Positions 59,405 through 62,339 of a stretch of DNA of 62,339 nucleotides are shown here, one piece after another; positions within the stretch are counted from its first letter, which is position 1; every line of letters begins with the position of its first letter. Source of the DNA: Aliidongia sp. (lineage in GTDB: Bacteria; Pseudomonadota; Alphaproteobacteria; ATCC43930; CGMCC-115725); the NCBI GenBank assembly GCA_049696095.1, contig JBAVTK010000125.1:1-62339 (forward strand). Reading direction: 5' to 3'. A program made the translations under genes and the position numbers. The notes under the pieces are model-generated. The model worked only from the letters and a program-made list of their open reading frames with translations, had not been told where the DNA came from and searched no databases.

Positions 59405-60166
59405 TCACCCCTCGGCAAACTCGCGATACATCCGTACCAAATCCGGCACTGCCGCCTCGAAGATCTGCTGGCCCTTATCCGGCGAGGCCAGCCCCGGATT
59501 GGAGCCGATGCGGCCATCGGGAAAGCGGCGGCGGAAATCGGCCGGGCCTTGGAAGCGGCCGCTCGGCGCCTTGGGCGGATCGAGCGTCACGCGCTTTATC
59601 GTCTCGGGAAAGGCATACTGCGTCAGCGCCACTTCCGACGCGGTGGCGTGGCTGCCTTCCTGGTCGCCGAACAATTCGTGGGAGACCCGCGCCGCACCGG
59701 GCGATTCCCACCAGCTGACCAGCTTGCAGACGATCTCGCCATGCCCGGCCGGGGCCGTGCCGAGTGCCCCTTCGCAGGCGGCATGGATCTCGTAGAACGC
59801 CGCCTGGATCGTCGCGATGTTGCCGCCATGACCATTCAGGAAGAAAAATCGACGGAAGCCATGCCGGGCGAGCGACATGACGTAATCATGGATCACCTGG
59901 ATCAGCGTCGAGGGCTTGAGCGTCATTGAGCCGGCAAAGCCCATATGATGCACCGCCATGCCGACCGCGATGGTCGGTGCGACCAGCGCCCCGGCCGCTT
60001 CGCCGACCGCCTTGCCCAGGAACTCGGCGCAGATCGCATCGGTCCCAATCAGCCCGTTCGGCCCATGTTGTTCGGTCGAGCCGATCGGCATCAGGATAGC
60101 GGTCGAGCGAGTGAGGTACTCCTCGACCTCGGGCCAGGCGGCGTGGTGCAACAGCATCGGGGGCAT
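59405..60166 (-). CDS. creatininase (creatinine amidohydrolase) family protein
   Basis: C-terminal 253 aa of track ORF 59405..60904: [20 protein letters not shown]...[10 protein letters not shown]...GSHATASE. Start is ATG at 60166 or 60157. The remainder of the track ORF is antisense to acs. Confidence 0.8.
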   Translation of the reverse strand: MPPMLLHHAAWPEVEEYLTRSTAILMPIGSTEQHGPNGLIGTDAICAEFLGKAVGEAAGALVAPTIAVGMAVHHMGFAGSMTLKPSTLIQVIHDYVMSLARHGFRRFFFLNGHGGNIATIQAAFYEIHAACEGALGTAPAGHGEIVCKLVSWWESPGAARVSHELFGDQEGSHATASEVALTQYAFPETIKRVTLDPPKAPSGRFQGPADFRRRFPDGRIGSNPGLASPDKGQQIFEAAVPDLVRMYREFAEG

Positions 60167-60322
60167 CTCCACAAAAAGTTGCCGGGGAACGCGGACGATC
60201 GGGCCATGCGGTCGTTGACGGCTTGTATCCGCGGCAGAATCTCCCGATATTGCCGCAAACGCAAGAGGTCGATCTCTCGGCCGATCCGGGGGTTGCTGCC
60301 CCCAGCCTCGGAGTTCATCACC

Positions 60323-62260
<1,938 letters not shown>

Positions 62261-62339
62261 GGCGTGTCGTCAGTTGCGCCATGCCGGTCTGCAAATGGCG
62301 GTTTCCTGCGCTTCCGCTGCTCACGTACCAAATGTACGC

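Overview
High-GC alphaproteobacterial chromosome segment, judged from synteny: nuoA-N / birA / rnj / mce / DUF1467, and tig-clpP-clpX-lon-hup-tRNA-Val. No similarity search was possible. All family calls come from motifs I recognise in the supplied translations and from gene order. From 1 to ~37.8 kb almost every gene is on the minus strand. In coordinate order these are two tandem LolC/E permease paralogues, tag, DUF1467, methylmalonyl-CoA epimerase, RNase J and BirA. Next come the complete, uninterrupted 14-gene complex I operon (nuoN back to nuoA), tRNA-Asp, a small disordered ORF, tRNA-Val, HU, Lon, ClpX, ClpP, trigger factor and tRNA-Leu. An AceE-like ThDP E1 enzyme follows, paired with an MHS-type MFS transporter, then a ChaN-like lipoprotein and kdpFABC with no adjacent kdpDE. 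The next block holds a divergent OmpL-like porin, an OmpR-type response regulator plus histidine kinase, a CzcA-like tripartite RND efflux operon (MFP-RND-OMF) and a secreted hypothetical protein. The most unusual part is a ~10 kb accessory island at 49.5-59.3 kb. It contains an RgpF-like glycosyltransferase with an AT-rich mosaic patch and a transposase remnant. It also contains an 805-aa protein with a repeat domain, a GT2 domain and a CmcI-like domain, a class I methyltransferase, and a sulfotransferase-fold protein. A convergent operon encodes a PhyH-type dioxygenase, a GSCFA protein and an SGNH-like protein. The island has no polymerase, flippase, exporter or sugar-nucleotide genes. The window ends with a creatininase-family gene and acs. 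Many long ORFs in the track are antisense shadow ORFs typical of high-GC DNA and were rejected.
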